Shown: in pieces, positions 1 to 10,207 of the stretch
How the letters are laid out: each line of letters starts with the position of its first letter
Numbering within the stretch: the stretch's first letter is position 1
Source of the DNA: an uncultured Planctomycetota bacterium
Lineage (GTDB): Bacteria > Planctomycetota > Planctomycetia > Isosphaerales > Isosphaeraceae
Length of the DNA: 64,000 nt
NCBI GenBank assembly: GCA_963823665.1
Contig: CAWGMQ010000003.1
Coordinates: forward strand, 1,312,001-1,376,000
Direction: 5' to 3'
Notes under the pieces: generated by a model
Seen by the model: the letters and a program-made list of their open reading frames with translations, nothing else
What the model was told of the DNA's origin: nothing
The model's database searches: none
Translations under genes and position numbers: made by a program

Positions 1-129
1 GATCAATACCGCGATGATCGCGATCACGACGAGCAGCTCGATGAGGGTAAATCCCAATCGGTTCGAGCGGCGCCGACGAGATGGATGAGGGGCTGGCGCT
101 GCCAGCCACTGGCGTTGCAGGGTAGACAT
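1..129 (-). CDS. Prepilin-type N-terminal cleavage/methylation protein (DUF1559-like), 5' part; runs off window
   Basis: My translation from ATG at 129: MSTLQRQWLAAPAPHPSRRRRSNRLGFTLIELLVVIAIIAVLI, with the class III signal motif GFTLIELLVVIAII. Confidence 0.9.
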   Translation of the reverse strand, partial: MSTLQRQWLAAPAPHPSRRRRSNRLGFTLIELLVVIAIIAVLI

Positions 130-247
130 TCGTGACTCCGACAGGTCTGAGGCGCCTCTGGTCGGACCAGTCAGCGCACTCCGCAATCGAGGTTAGAAAG
201 CCTCTCGATGACGAGTCGGCGGCACGAAAACGAGCGAAACTGCTCCG

Positions 248-439
248 CTAGCGAAGGCGTTGCTTCTCCACTCGCTCGATCTGGACGATCACGTAGTCCT
301 GTATGATGACGCGGATTTCACCGTACCGAACACCCTTGATGGCGAGTCGAACCTGTTCGAGAACGCCATCGTGCGAAGGCACGGCAGTCGAGCAAACGGC
401 TCCTTCTTCGTTCTGGGGGGAAGACCGCTTGATTGGCAT
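248..439 (-). CDS. YezD/DUF2292 family small protein
   Basis: C-terminal pattern IKGVRYGEIRVIIQD..IVQIERVEKQRL; adjacent to an Rrf2 gene. Confidence 0.8.
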   Translation of the reverse strand: MPIKRSSPQNEEGAVCSTAVPSHDGVLEQVRLAIKGVRYGEIRVIIQDYVIVQIERVEKQRLR

Positions 440-591
440 ACTTACACCACCGCGGCCCGAGGGCCAGCCCCAAAAGTGGGCGTGCCCTTATTGCCTCAAG
501 GACCGCTGTCTCGAACATCCGGCATGAATAACGCACCTGACAAGCGACATTCTTCCAAGCAGAAAGTCACCGGTCAAGACCAAACTCAATT

Positions 592-611
592 ATCTCGATC
601 GAATTAGTGTA
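592..611 (-). promoter_or_regulatory. Candidate Rrf2 operator upstream of the YezD gene
   Basis: Minus strand TACACTAATTCGATCGAGAT matches TTGACTAATTCTATCGACAT (1298-1317, plus) at 16/20. Confidence 0.45.
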
Positions 612-746
612 GATAATGTTCCTCGCGTTGCAATCTATCGGCTCCGGCAACTGCGGAGATGAATCTGAGCTGTGCTTCGTGAGACGTTTTCCCGGCGGCA
701 AATGAGACTTCGAACCATTTCTGTGTGGATCAACGGTGATCGCCTT

Positions 747-1157
747 TCAAATGACCCAGTCCTGTGGATCGGCCTGTCGAGCGAGTTGCGCGATCGAGAC
801 CGTTCCCAGCAGTCCGTGATAGGCTGCCTGTATCTGGTTCAGGGCTTCTGAGAGATTCCGTGCGGCCGGGGAAATACCTCGCTTGTAGCGCGAGTTTTGT
901 CCGTCAATTGCCTCGACGACGTGCGACAGCGAGATCTGCGCGGGGCTCAAGGCAAGCTGATATCCGCCTCCAGAGCCGCGAGCGCTTCGAACAAGCCCCG
1001 CCGCCTTGAGGTGAAGAAGGATCTTGGGCAAATATTGCCGCGGAATCCCCTGCGCGTGGGCGATATCGCGGACCCTCCGCGGATATCCGTCGACGTTCGC
1101 CTGCGCGATGTCGATGAGCGCGAGGCAGGCGTAAGTGACCTTGGCCGAGATCCTCAT
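747..1157 (-). CDS. Rrf2 family transcriptional regulator (CymR-like, no Fe-S Cys triad)
   Basis: MRISAKVTYACLAL...YLPKILLHLKAAGLVRSARGSGGGYQLA winged HTH; only one Cys. Confidence 0.92.
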   Translation of the reverse strand: MRISAKVTYACLALIDIAQANVDGYPRRVRDIAHAQGIPRQYLPKILLHLKAAGLVRSARGSGGGYQLALSPAQISLSHVVEAIDGQNSRYKRGISPAARNLSEALNQIQAAYHGLLGTVSIAQLARQADPQDWVI

Positions 1158-1297
1158 CCTTGGGCCAAACTTCCCTTCGCGTGGGACGGGAGATCCCGCA
1201 TCGTGGCAGGTGACCGAGACGAATCAATGATCTCCGCGCAGCACACACGTGATCAGTCCGACACGACGCGGTACGCAAGCCGATATCGCAACGCTTC

Positions 1298-1317
1298 TTG
1301 ACTAATTCTATCGACAT
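1298..1317 (+). promoter_or_regulatory. Candidate Rrf2 autoregulatory operator
   Basis: AT-rich TTGACTAATTCTATCGACAT upstream of the Rrf2 gene; second copy at 592-611. Confidence 0.45.
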
Positions 1318-1427
1318 TCTCAGGATCGGCAAGATGACTGTCCGATTCGCAATAAAATCGGCCGCGTACGAGGAATAGATCGCTCGCAGGCAACGATGTG
1401 TCAGAGCCGCCAAATTCGCCTGAGGGC

Positions 1428-4400
1428 TCACTCGTCTGGCGGGAAATCGCGCAGGAATCGGGCGCTGTAATTGGTGCCTTCGACGAGGTGCTCATCCTCC
1501 TCGACGAACGCGCCGCGCGGCGCGGGGAAGTAGCTGTAGAGGATCGGCATCATGTACCGCGTCAAGAACAGAGTGCAGAGCATCGCACCCACGACGACGA
1601 TGGCCAGCGGCTTCTGCGCCTGAGAACCGATCGACGTGGCAATGGCGGCGGGAAAGAGGCCGAGTGCGGCCGTCAACGAGGTCATGACGACCGGCCGGAC
1701 GCGCAGCTCCGGAGCCCGCAAGCAGGTTTCCCACACCGAATATCCCCGTGCGCATCTGGTTGCAATACGTGACCAGGAGCACCCCGTCTTGAACGGCCAC
1801 GCCGAACACGGAGACGAACCCTACGGCTCCTGAAATGCTGAAGTGCGTGCCCGTGAGGTAGAGTGCAAAGATGCCTCCCATCGCGGCCTCGAGCACGTTG
1901 ACCATGACGAGCAGACAGTCTTTCACGGACGAGAACATCGAATAGAGCAGCATCATGATCAGACCGAGCGAAATCGGGATGATCCACATCAAGCGAGTAT
2001 TCGCCTCCTCCATCTGTTCAAACTCGCCCGACCAGTCGAGCTCGTATCCTTCGGGAAGTTTGACGCCGGTCACGGGATCATCCACCTTCCTCATCGCCTC
2101 GTGAATGGCCGAGGCCAGATCGCGACCGCGCACGCCGAATTTGATCGGCAGGTAGCGCTGGTTTCCTTCCCGGTAAATGTACGCGGCTCCGGAATCGTGC
2201 GACTTGATCTCGGTCAACTGGGAGAGAGGAACACGGTAAGCGGGACTTTCCTCCGACATTGCCGGAACGTCGACCAGAATTCGCCCGATAACCTCGGGAT
2301 CGTTGCGCAGCTCAGGAGGAAGCCTCAGCACGATATCGAAGAGCTTCTCGCGCTCCACCATCTGCGAGAAAGCTTCGCCGCCGATGGCCACCTGTACAAC
2401 TTTCTCGACGTCGGCCACATTGACTCCGTGGCGCGCGCAGTCGTCGCGGTCGATCTCGATCAAGAGATTGGGCTGTCCGACGACGTGGAACATGCCGACG
2501 TTCTCGATCCCAGGGACTGTCCGCAAGACGTTCGTGACGCGCTGGCCCAGCTCTTCAAGCTCGTTCAGGTCCGTACCCTTGATCTTCACCGAGTTCGCGC
2601 CCTTGACCCCGGAAAGGGCCTCTTCCACGTTGTCGCGGATGTACTGGGAGAAATTGAAGTTGATCCCTGGAAACTCCTTGAATTTCTCCATCAGCTCCGC
2701 TTCCATGTCCTCGCGGCTGATGGTCTCGTCCCAGAGCTTTTGGCCGAAAAGGGTGAATGGCTTCTTCCGCCACTGTTCCATGGGCTTGAGGGGCGCTCCG
2801 AACTCGAGGTTGAAGAAGCTGGTCGGGTCGGTTCCGTCGTCGGGACGGCCCAACTGAGAGATGACCCGGTCGACTTCGGGAACGCTGCCGATCAGCTCGC
2901 GCAGCCGGGGAGCCATCGAGGCGGCGTACTCGCGCGAGACCGTTCGAGGCAGGATGGCCCGAATCCACAGGTATCCCTCTTCGAGCGGGGGCATGAAGAT
3001 CGCCCCCAGATGCGGAACCAGATAGAGTGACCAGCAAAACAGCGAGACCATGACCGCCATTGTCACGCGTCGATGCCTGAGCACCCAGGAGAGCGCACGG
3101 AGGTAGCGCAGCTTCATGATCTTGTCGAGCCAGGTGTCCGGCGCCTCTTTCTTGTTCACGAAGAGGAACGAACAGAGCACCGGGGCCAGGGTCACCGACA
3201 TGAGCAGAGCGCCGGCGATAGCGAATGCATATGTGTTAGCCATCGGACCGAACAATGCACCCTCCGGGCCGGTCATCGAGAACAGCGGAATGAACGCCGC
3301 GATGATGATGAGCGTGGAATAGAACAGGGCCCGCTCGATTTCGGTCGACGCGTCGATGATCCGGTCGATCAGCGGCCGCGACCGGTCGGCGTTCGGTGCC
3401 GTCACGTGCCGGTAAATGTTCTCGACGATGATTGTGGAACTGTCGACGATGATGCCGAAATCGACCGCACCGATCGAAAGCAGATTGGCCGACTTGCCCT
3501 GCAGGAACAGCACCGTTACCGAGAACAAGAGCGCCAGCGGGATCATGATCGCCACGATCGCTGCGCTCGCAATATCACCCAGAAAGACGAAGAGGATCGC
3601 GATGACCAGGCCCATTCCCATCAGCAAATTGTGCCTGACATTATGTGTTGTGACATGGACAAGCTCGGTGCGTTGATTGAAAATCCGGATCTTCATCCCC
3701 GGGGGCAGGAGCTTCCGCTTCTCGATCTCCTTGAGCTTCTCCTCGGCCTCGCTAGATACGTCGAGTGACTTCTCATACTTCCGCATCAAGATGATGCCCT
3801 GGACCACGTCGTTTTCCGATTTGCCCTCCTGATCCCGGCCGATGATGCCCAGACGCGGCTGATGGCCTTCGACCACCTTGGCGACGTGGTGCACGAGTAT
3901 GGGAGCACCCAAGTACTGCGTGATGACGACGTTGCGTATGCCCTCGAGTTTCTTTTCGACGATATCCGCCCGATCGCGAGCGTGTGCCGGGTCGAGTGGG
4001 TCTTCCCCCTTGCCGAGCAACCCGATCCCCCGCACGTTGTGCGACTGGCTGCCCAGCGTGAGGATGTCGCCGCCGATGTTGGCGTTCGATTTGGAAATCG
4101 CGTCCTCGACTTGCTGGAGCGTGATGCCGTAGTGGCCGAGCTGCCACGGGTCGACAAGCACCTGGTATTGCTTGACGGTACCGCCGAACCCGGTTACATC
4201 AATGACGCCCGGCACGGTCTTGAGCTGTCGTTCGAGCACCCAGTCCTGCACCGCTTTCAGCTCGTTGAGAGTGTAACCAGGCCCTTCGATCACATAACGG
4301 ACGATCTCGCCGGTCGGGCTCCACGGCGAAAGCATGGGAGTCGTGTTCGCCGGGAGATTCGCGATCATCGCGATCCGGTTGATCACCTCCTGGCGAGCCC

Positions 4401-4713
4401 TGAAGTAATCGGTCCCGTAAGTGAACACGCACTTTATGTCGCTCAAACCGGCGATCGTCGTGCTGCGCAGGCGGTGGAGACCGGGCATACCGTTCAAGGC
4501 GATCTCGATCGGGATGGTGACCAGCCGCTCCATCTCTTCAGGGCTAGCGCCCGGACTCTGTGTGATCACCTCCACGAGCGGCGGTGTCGGGTCTGGATAT
4601 GCTTCGATGTTGAGGTGGTAGGCCGAATAGAGCCCCACGCCGATCAGCATCACCGCGCCGAGGAGCACAATCAGACGGTTGTGCAAGCTCCAGGTGATGA
4701 TGGCGCGGACCAT
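1428..4713 (-). CDS. CusA/CzcA family heavy-metal efflux RND permease (one frameshift near 1740)
   Basis: IEAYPDPTP N-terminus; ANLLSIGAVDFGIIVDSS..IVEN TM4 motif; C-terminus RVRPVVMTSLTAALGLFP..GSQAQKPLAIVVVG continues in ORF 1428-1736. Confidence 0.93.
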
Positions 4714-4989
4714 GGTAGAAACCGCTCGCGTGGGTCAGTCGTTCGCCGGGCCGGTTGGCGATAGGGAGTGGTTCTTTGAGCGATCCCAGCTTAATCGCCC
4801 CCGGAGCTATGGAACAAGGGTCCAGATAACGCCGAAAATCGGGGCACTCGCGGTGCAAGCAGATTGGCCGTTGATGATAAGTACCTGACAACTGGCGCAG
4901 GTATCTTTACAGATCGATCGGGGTCGCCGGATAATTGATATGAGGCATCGAACCATCCGTCAGTTATTCCAATAGAAGGCGAGCTTACT

Positions 4990-6387
4990 GTGAGCCGTGT
5001 CGAAACCGAATCGGTGCAGCTCGCCGAACCGATGGTCGCCGCGCCGCGCCGCCCGACGAGGCGGCGGAGATCGGTTCTCGGAGTTTCCGTGCTGACCTTG
5101 CTTCTCGTGGGCGGAGTGAGCGCGGCGATTTACACATCCAGCGTGGGATTGGCTCGGGCCCGGCGAGAGGTCGCCTCGGTGATCGGTTCCGTTCGAGGGG
5201 CGGTTTCCGACGTAACACCGATCGCCAATCCGATCGAGAACAAGCCCCGAGCCCCGTGGGATGGCTTGGTGAAGGTCGCTTCGGACGAAGTCAAGAGCAT
5301 CGGCGTGCTGATCGCTACGGTCCAGCCGCAAACCGAACCGATCAAGCTCGAGTTGCCGGGGCGCACCTCGTATGACCCAAACTCACTGACCAAGATCCGG
5401 CCCCGATTTGACACGCTTGTCGAGCGGGTGCGAGTCGAGCTCGGTCAGAAGGTATCCAAGGGCGATCCGCTCCTGGACCTCTACAGCACGGATCTCGCCG
5501 CGGCCAAGAATGATTTTCAGACGGCCTATGTCCAGTGGCAGCATGACCTGACCCTGCGCACCCTGCGCGAAAGCCTGTTCAACACGAAGGCGATCGCCGA
5601 GCAGCTTCTCGTTGACACGCGAAACGACGAAAACAAGAGCCGGCTGGCTGTCACGACGGCACGTCAGAAGTTGCTCGTACTGGGTGTGCCCGAAGATCAG
5701 ATCGATCCACTGGTCAAGAACCTCCGCCCCGCCGATCTGCCCGACAAGGACGATATTCGTCGCGTGGTCGACAAGGCGAAGATGACCCGTCTCTCTCCTG
5801 TCAACGGCATCGTCATTGTGCGTGACGTCGTTCCCGGTAATTTTTATGACACCAATGACGTGCTGATGGTCATAGCTCCGCTCGACCACCTGTTCGTGTG
5901 GGTGAACGTGTATGAGGCCGATCAGGTGAAAGTTGCGATGGGACAGCACATGGAGATCCGGTTTCCGTACCTCGAAGATACGATTCTCGGCACCGTGCAG
6001 TACGTCGCGACTGAGGTCTCGAAGGATACCCACGCGATCAAGATCCGAGCATCCATTCCCAATCCTGACGGCAAACTCAAAGCGGACATGCTGGTGAGAG
6101 CCTCGCTTGACATTCCGCGGGTCAAGGGCCAGACCGTGATTCCTCGTCTGGCCGTCGTCGTCATGAACGGCCACGAATATGCGTTCGTCCGCAAGCCGGG
6201 AACCAAGCCCGATGAGCCCGTGCAGTTTGAGAGACGAAAGCTTGTGCTCGCCGAAGAGCGATTTGACCATATCGTCGTCGCCAGCGGACTGACTGCCGGT
6301 GAAGAGGTCGCGTCGTACGGGAGCCTGGTCCTCGCGCAGCTTTTTGAGGATCAGCAGATGGTCGCGACCGGTATGCCGTTGCAATGA
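4990..6387 (+). CDS. RND efflux periplasmic adaptor (CusB/CzcB-like)
   Basis: N-terminal TM; GQKVSKGDPLLDLYS lipoyl-like motif; SPVNGIV; NPDGKLKADM. Confidence 0.9.
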   Translation: MSRVETESVQLAEPMVAAPRRPTRRRRSVLGVSVLTLLLVGGVSAAIYTSSVGLARARREVASVIGSVRGAVSDVTPIANPIENKPRAPWDGLVKVASDEVKSIGVLIATVQPQTEPIKLELPGRTSYDPNSLTKIRPRFDTLVERVRVELGQKVSKGDPLLDLYSTDLAAAKNDFQTAYVQWQHDLTLRTLRESLFNTKAIAEQLLVDTRNDENKSRLAVTTARQKLLVLGVPEDQIDPLVKNLRPADLPDKDDIRRVVDKAKMTRLSPVNGIVIVRDVVPGNFYDTNDVLMVIAPLDHLFVWVNVYEADQVKVAMGQHMEIRFPYLEDTILGTVQYVATEVSKDTHAIKIRASIPNPDGKLKADMLVRASLDIPRVKGQTVIPRLAVVVMNGHEYAFVRKPGTKPDEPVQFERRKLVLAEERFDHIVVASGLTAGEEVASYGSLVLAQLFEDQQMVATGMPLQ

Positions 6388-6409
6388 CGAGTGGTCTGAG
6401 AAACCCGCA

Positions 6410-6437
6410 TTGACAAATAAGACAATGCGCAGAGAAT
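6410..6437 (+). promoter_or_regulatory. Possible sigma70 promoter ahead of the TolC-like gene
   Basis: TTGACA-16 bp-GAGAAT in an AT-rich intergenic stretch. Confidence 0.3.
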
Positions 6438-6602
6438 CTGCCGCTTACGCCATTTCCCGGGGGTTCTCTCCGTTCGGCGTCCGACGATGGGCGGTCAGCC
6501 CAAGATATCCAGACGAGGCGCGAGATGAATCTCTGTCTGGTTTTCGTGCGCAAGCCGGGCAGGATTGTGGGTCCGCTCCGCGTGACTCGGGCCTCCGGCG
6601 CG

Positions 6603-8206
6603 ATGATGGCGTTCATTCCGCTTCGATCCAGCATTTTCGTGCTTGGGTTCTTCACGTTAGCCGCCCAGGCCGGGGCGCAGGCTCCGACTCTCGACACGAG
6701 CGTGCCAGGGCTGGCAGGCTCCTCTTCCTCGGCACTGGGGCCCGCACCGGGTGCCGGAGGCGGTTCGCTCGGCAACCTGCCGGGCGCTGGGGGGCTTCTC
6801 GGCGGCCGAGCCGGGCCGTTCGCTCCCAAGGGCGTTCCCACCTCGGTCTCCACTCCGGGTTCCGGGATGGGCCCAACGGAATTGCAGATGCCGGTCTCGG
6901 CTCCGCAGCCGCAGCCGGTTTCGCCGACGTCGACGCCGTTCTTCGGCACACTCGAAATCCCGTCCCAGGATGACGACGGGCCACCCGAGGGCATCACCCT
7001 TGACCGGGCAATCGACATCACGCTCGAGCGCAGCCTGGATCTCCGGCAGAAGTACTACGAGATCCCGATGGCGCGAGCAGACATACTTCAGGCCAACCTT
7101 CGCTCGAACCCCATCTTCTATCAAGACGGTCAGTTGTTGCAATATCGAGGCTCAAGCACGCAGTTCACCCGGGCAGCTCCGGGCGGCCCGAGCCAATACG
7201 ATACCAACATCAGTTACCCGCTTGATATCTCACACAAGCGGCAAGCACGGACGACCGTGGCCTCGCGCGCGAGAGAGTTCTGGAGGCGAGTTACCAGGAC
7301 GCCGTCCGCAACCGGATCGACGACGTCTACACCGCCTACACGACCGCTCTGGGCGCCCGCCAGACCGTTCGGTACTCAAACGAGAGCTTGAAATCACTCG
7401 AACAGCTCCAGAGGCTCACTCAGCAGCTTCATGAAAAAGGGCAAATCGCGCTGGCCGAACTTAATGCGGTGAAGATCAAGCTCCGGATCGCGCGGCTGGG
7501 GCTCCACGATGCAGAGTCTGCGTACTTGAAGGCCAGACTGGATCTGGGCGGGCTCATGAATCTCACCAATGACGAAGCCAGATCCATGGAGCTGCGCGGC
7601 ACGATCGCCGATGTCACGCCACCTCCGCCTCCTCTCGCCGAATTGGGCCGGCTTGCCCTCGAATCCCGCCCCGACGTGGTCTCGTTCCGGATCGGCGTCG
7701 AGCGAGCGGAAGCGGACGTGCGGCTGGCCAAGGCAAACGCATACAGCGACGTCTATGTTCTCTGGCAGCCCTTCACGTTCCAGGACAACAGCCCGTACGG
7801 CCTGAAGAGCCAGTACTCGTGGGCACTGGGGGTGACCGTTCCGCTGCCGATCTACAATCGAAACCAGGGTGGAGTCGCGCGGGCCAAGCTGAACGTGTCC
7901 CAGTCCGGGCTCCAGCTTGCCGACCTGGAGCGGCAATTGCGGATCGATGTCGAGAAAGCCGTCCAGGAATACAATATCACTCGGCGCCTCGTCGCGGACT
8001 TACACGACGAGGTGATCCCCGAGGCAAAGCAAGTGCGCGACGCGGCGTTCCGGATGTGGACGGGGGGCGAAACCAGCATGATCGTCTACCTCCTGGCGCA
8101 GCTCGATTACAACGACGTCGTCAAGCGATACATCGACACCGCGGTCCGGCACAGACAGAGCATGCTCGCGCTCAACACCGCGGTCGGCCGGCGGATTTTG
8201 CCCTGA
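6603..8206 (+). CDS. TolC/CzcC family outer membrane efflux protein (frameshift near 7270)
   Basis: Signal peptide and Pro/Gly linker; ARADILQANLRSNP; after the shift RVLEASYQDAVRNRIDDVY...GVTVPLPIYNRNQG. Confidence 0.88.
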
Positions 8207-8240
8207 TCGAGGCGGGAACCGAGATCTCACGGAGAGGAAG

Positions 8241-9002
8241 ATGCGACGTCGAATCGAGCGCGACCGGCGGCCAGAACTGGATAGCTGCGAACCGCGCGCT
8301 GCTCGCTTCGATCACGGACGTCATGGCCGCCAACAGCCTGACGGCCGCGGCACTACGCTCCCGGGCCGTCGCCATCGGAGCCGCACAGGCCACCGCGAGC
8401 GGCTCCTCCCAATCGATCGCCATCCCTTCAAATCAAGGGCCGCTGTTACTGGATGGGATGATCAACAACATGGCACTGGCGCCGACGGGAACTCTGAGCA
8501 ATCGAGAGCTTAAACGAGAGCGATTTGTTGCGCGGTACGTGGGCACATACACCGTGGGCGCCGGACGTACCAGCGATGAAGCGATGCAGACCTTCATCAC
8601 CGGTGCGGGCACCGCCAACACGATGCTGCACTCCGATATCCAACTGCTGCTGGTCACCCCGATTAACCGCAGCTTGCCGATCGGTGGCGTCAGCGCGATA
8701 TTCGACCGCAATCTGAACACCAACACCGTGCTCGGGCTCGACGAGGGTGCGGCGCAGTCATCGCAATTCATTAACCGGATGGGGTTGCCGGCGTCCTGCC
8801 CCATGTGAGCCTGGACGTGAATCTCAGCTCCGGTACGTACGACGAGGCATACGCAGTCGGTACCATGCGGATCCATTACATGGCAACCGCCAAGCATACG
8901 CCCGGCGTCATCAGCCAGGGGCAGGCGGTTGTCACGATTCACGCTCAGATCTACACAACCAACGTCGGCTTCATTCTCCGCAATGCCAACATCGATCCGT
9001 GA
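8241..9002 (+). CDS. Secreted hypothetical protein with planctomycete-type N-terminal leader (frameshifts near 8297 and 8800)
   Basis: GGAG RBS then MRRRIERDRRPELDSCEPRA/LLAS leader; joins the middle of ORF 7819-8808 and ORF 8805-9002. Confidence 0.6.
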
Positions 9003-9200
9003 TCTCTCCGATGCGCTCGGGAACACGAGGCAATCGAAATCGAGAGGGTGCGGCGCTACAATGTGGCGAGCTGTGAGGCTTGGCTGCGCCGAGCCGATCG
9101 GGCGCGACGCTCAGCCTGTACGATCACGTGGGCGCTTTTGCGCGGACGTCGGTGCTTTGTCCTGGACCGCGGCCAGGGAATGCGAAACAGGAGGCCCGTT

Positions 9201-9689
9201 ATGGCTGACACGAAAGCGATCGTGAACGATATTCACGAGCGCCTGAGCCGGTTGGAGCGTGAATTGCGGTACTGGCGGTTGGGAGGAATACTGATCCTCT
9301 CGGTGGCGGCCGTCCTGGTCACCGGCGCCATGGCCCAACCTCCGGCCAAGGAGTTGCGCGTTGAGACCCTACGGATCGTCGACCGCGATGGCAAGGAGCG
9401 GCTCGTCCTGACCGCCGTGCCGGGAGTACCGGACATGACGTTCCTGGACCCGGGCGGCCACACACGCTTGACGCTCGACATCGCCGACGACAACAAGCCC
9501 GAGCTGGTCGTCGCCGAGTCCGGCAAGGCGAAAGCGCGGCTCACACTCGGCATCGAGAACGGGACGCCCATGCTTCAACTTTACGACCGTGAAGGGACCA
9601 GGCGCGTCGCCCTCGGAGTCCCGAAGGACGTGGGCTCTCTGATCCGAATTTTTGATGCGGATGGGCGCGTCGTGGGACGACTCCCGTGA
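9201..9689 (+). CDS. Hypothetical membrane-anchored/exported protein
   Basis: AGGAGG RBS; ERLSRLERELR coiled coil, TM segment, then repeated xxDxxGxxR beta motifs. Confidence 0.75.
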   Translation: MADTKAIVNDIHERLSRLERELRYWRLGGILILSVAAVLVTGAMAQPPAKELRVETLRIVDRDGKERLVLTAVPGVPDMTFLDPGGHTRLTLDIADDNKPELVVAESGKAKARLTLGIENGTPMLQLYDREGTRRVALGVPKDVGSLIRIFDADGRVVGRLP

Positions 9690-9751
9690 CGTCCTTCATC
9701 GAGGGGCGGACGATCATCGAGTGCTCATCAGTCGCGCGCTGCGGGCATCGC

Positions 9752-10000
9752 TTATCCGCCGTTCCCCCCCCCCGTGGCGGAATGCCCTGCCGATTTCACG
9801 GGCTCCATCACTTCCACCAACAGCATTTCAAGGAGATGGATGCCCTCTTCGTCCTGGACGACCATTGAGCGCCCTCTCGGATCACACGAAGCATTTTCCG
9901 GATGCTTGACTGTAAACGACTGGCCGCCCGCGAGCTTGACGAGGAACGGCGTGAACGGGTGCGCGGTGATCATCGTCCGTAGCTGATCGGGCGTGGCCAT
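9752..10000 (-). CDS. Small hypothetical protein (PFxPF...HPE type)
   Basis: GGAGG RBS; MATPDQLRTMITAHPFTPFLVKLAGGQSFTVKHPE. Confidence 0.7.
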   Translation of the reverse strand: MATPDQLRTMITAHPFTPFLVKLAGGQSFTVKHPENASCDPRGRSMVVQDEEGIHLLEMLLVEVMEPVKSAGHSATGGGNGG

Positions 10001-10207
10001 GTACGGCCCTCCAATTGTTAAGCGCGGGCTGAGCCCGCACCATGTCAATCGTAGCCTGCACGCGCCCCCCGGCGAAAGATTCGACATTGATTCGGCTGTT
10101 TTTGCGCGGTTTCCAGAAACTCAGACCTCCTGCTGCGGCGACAGCCTCTATCCAGGTAGGATTCAACTCGAACAGCGCTCGAGCGCGGGGATCGAGAGGA
10201 TGCGCAC

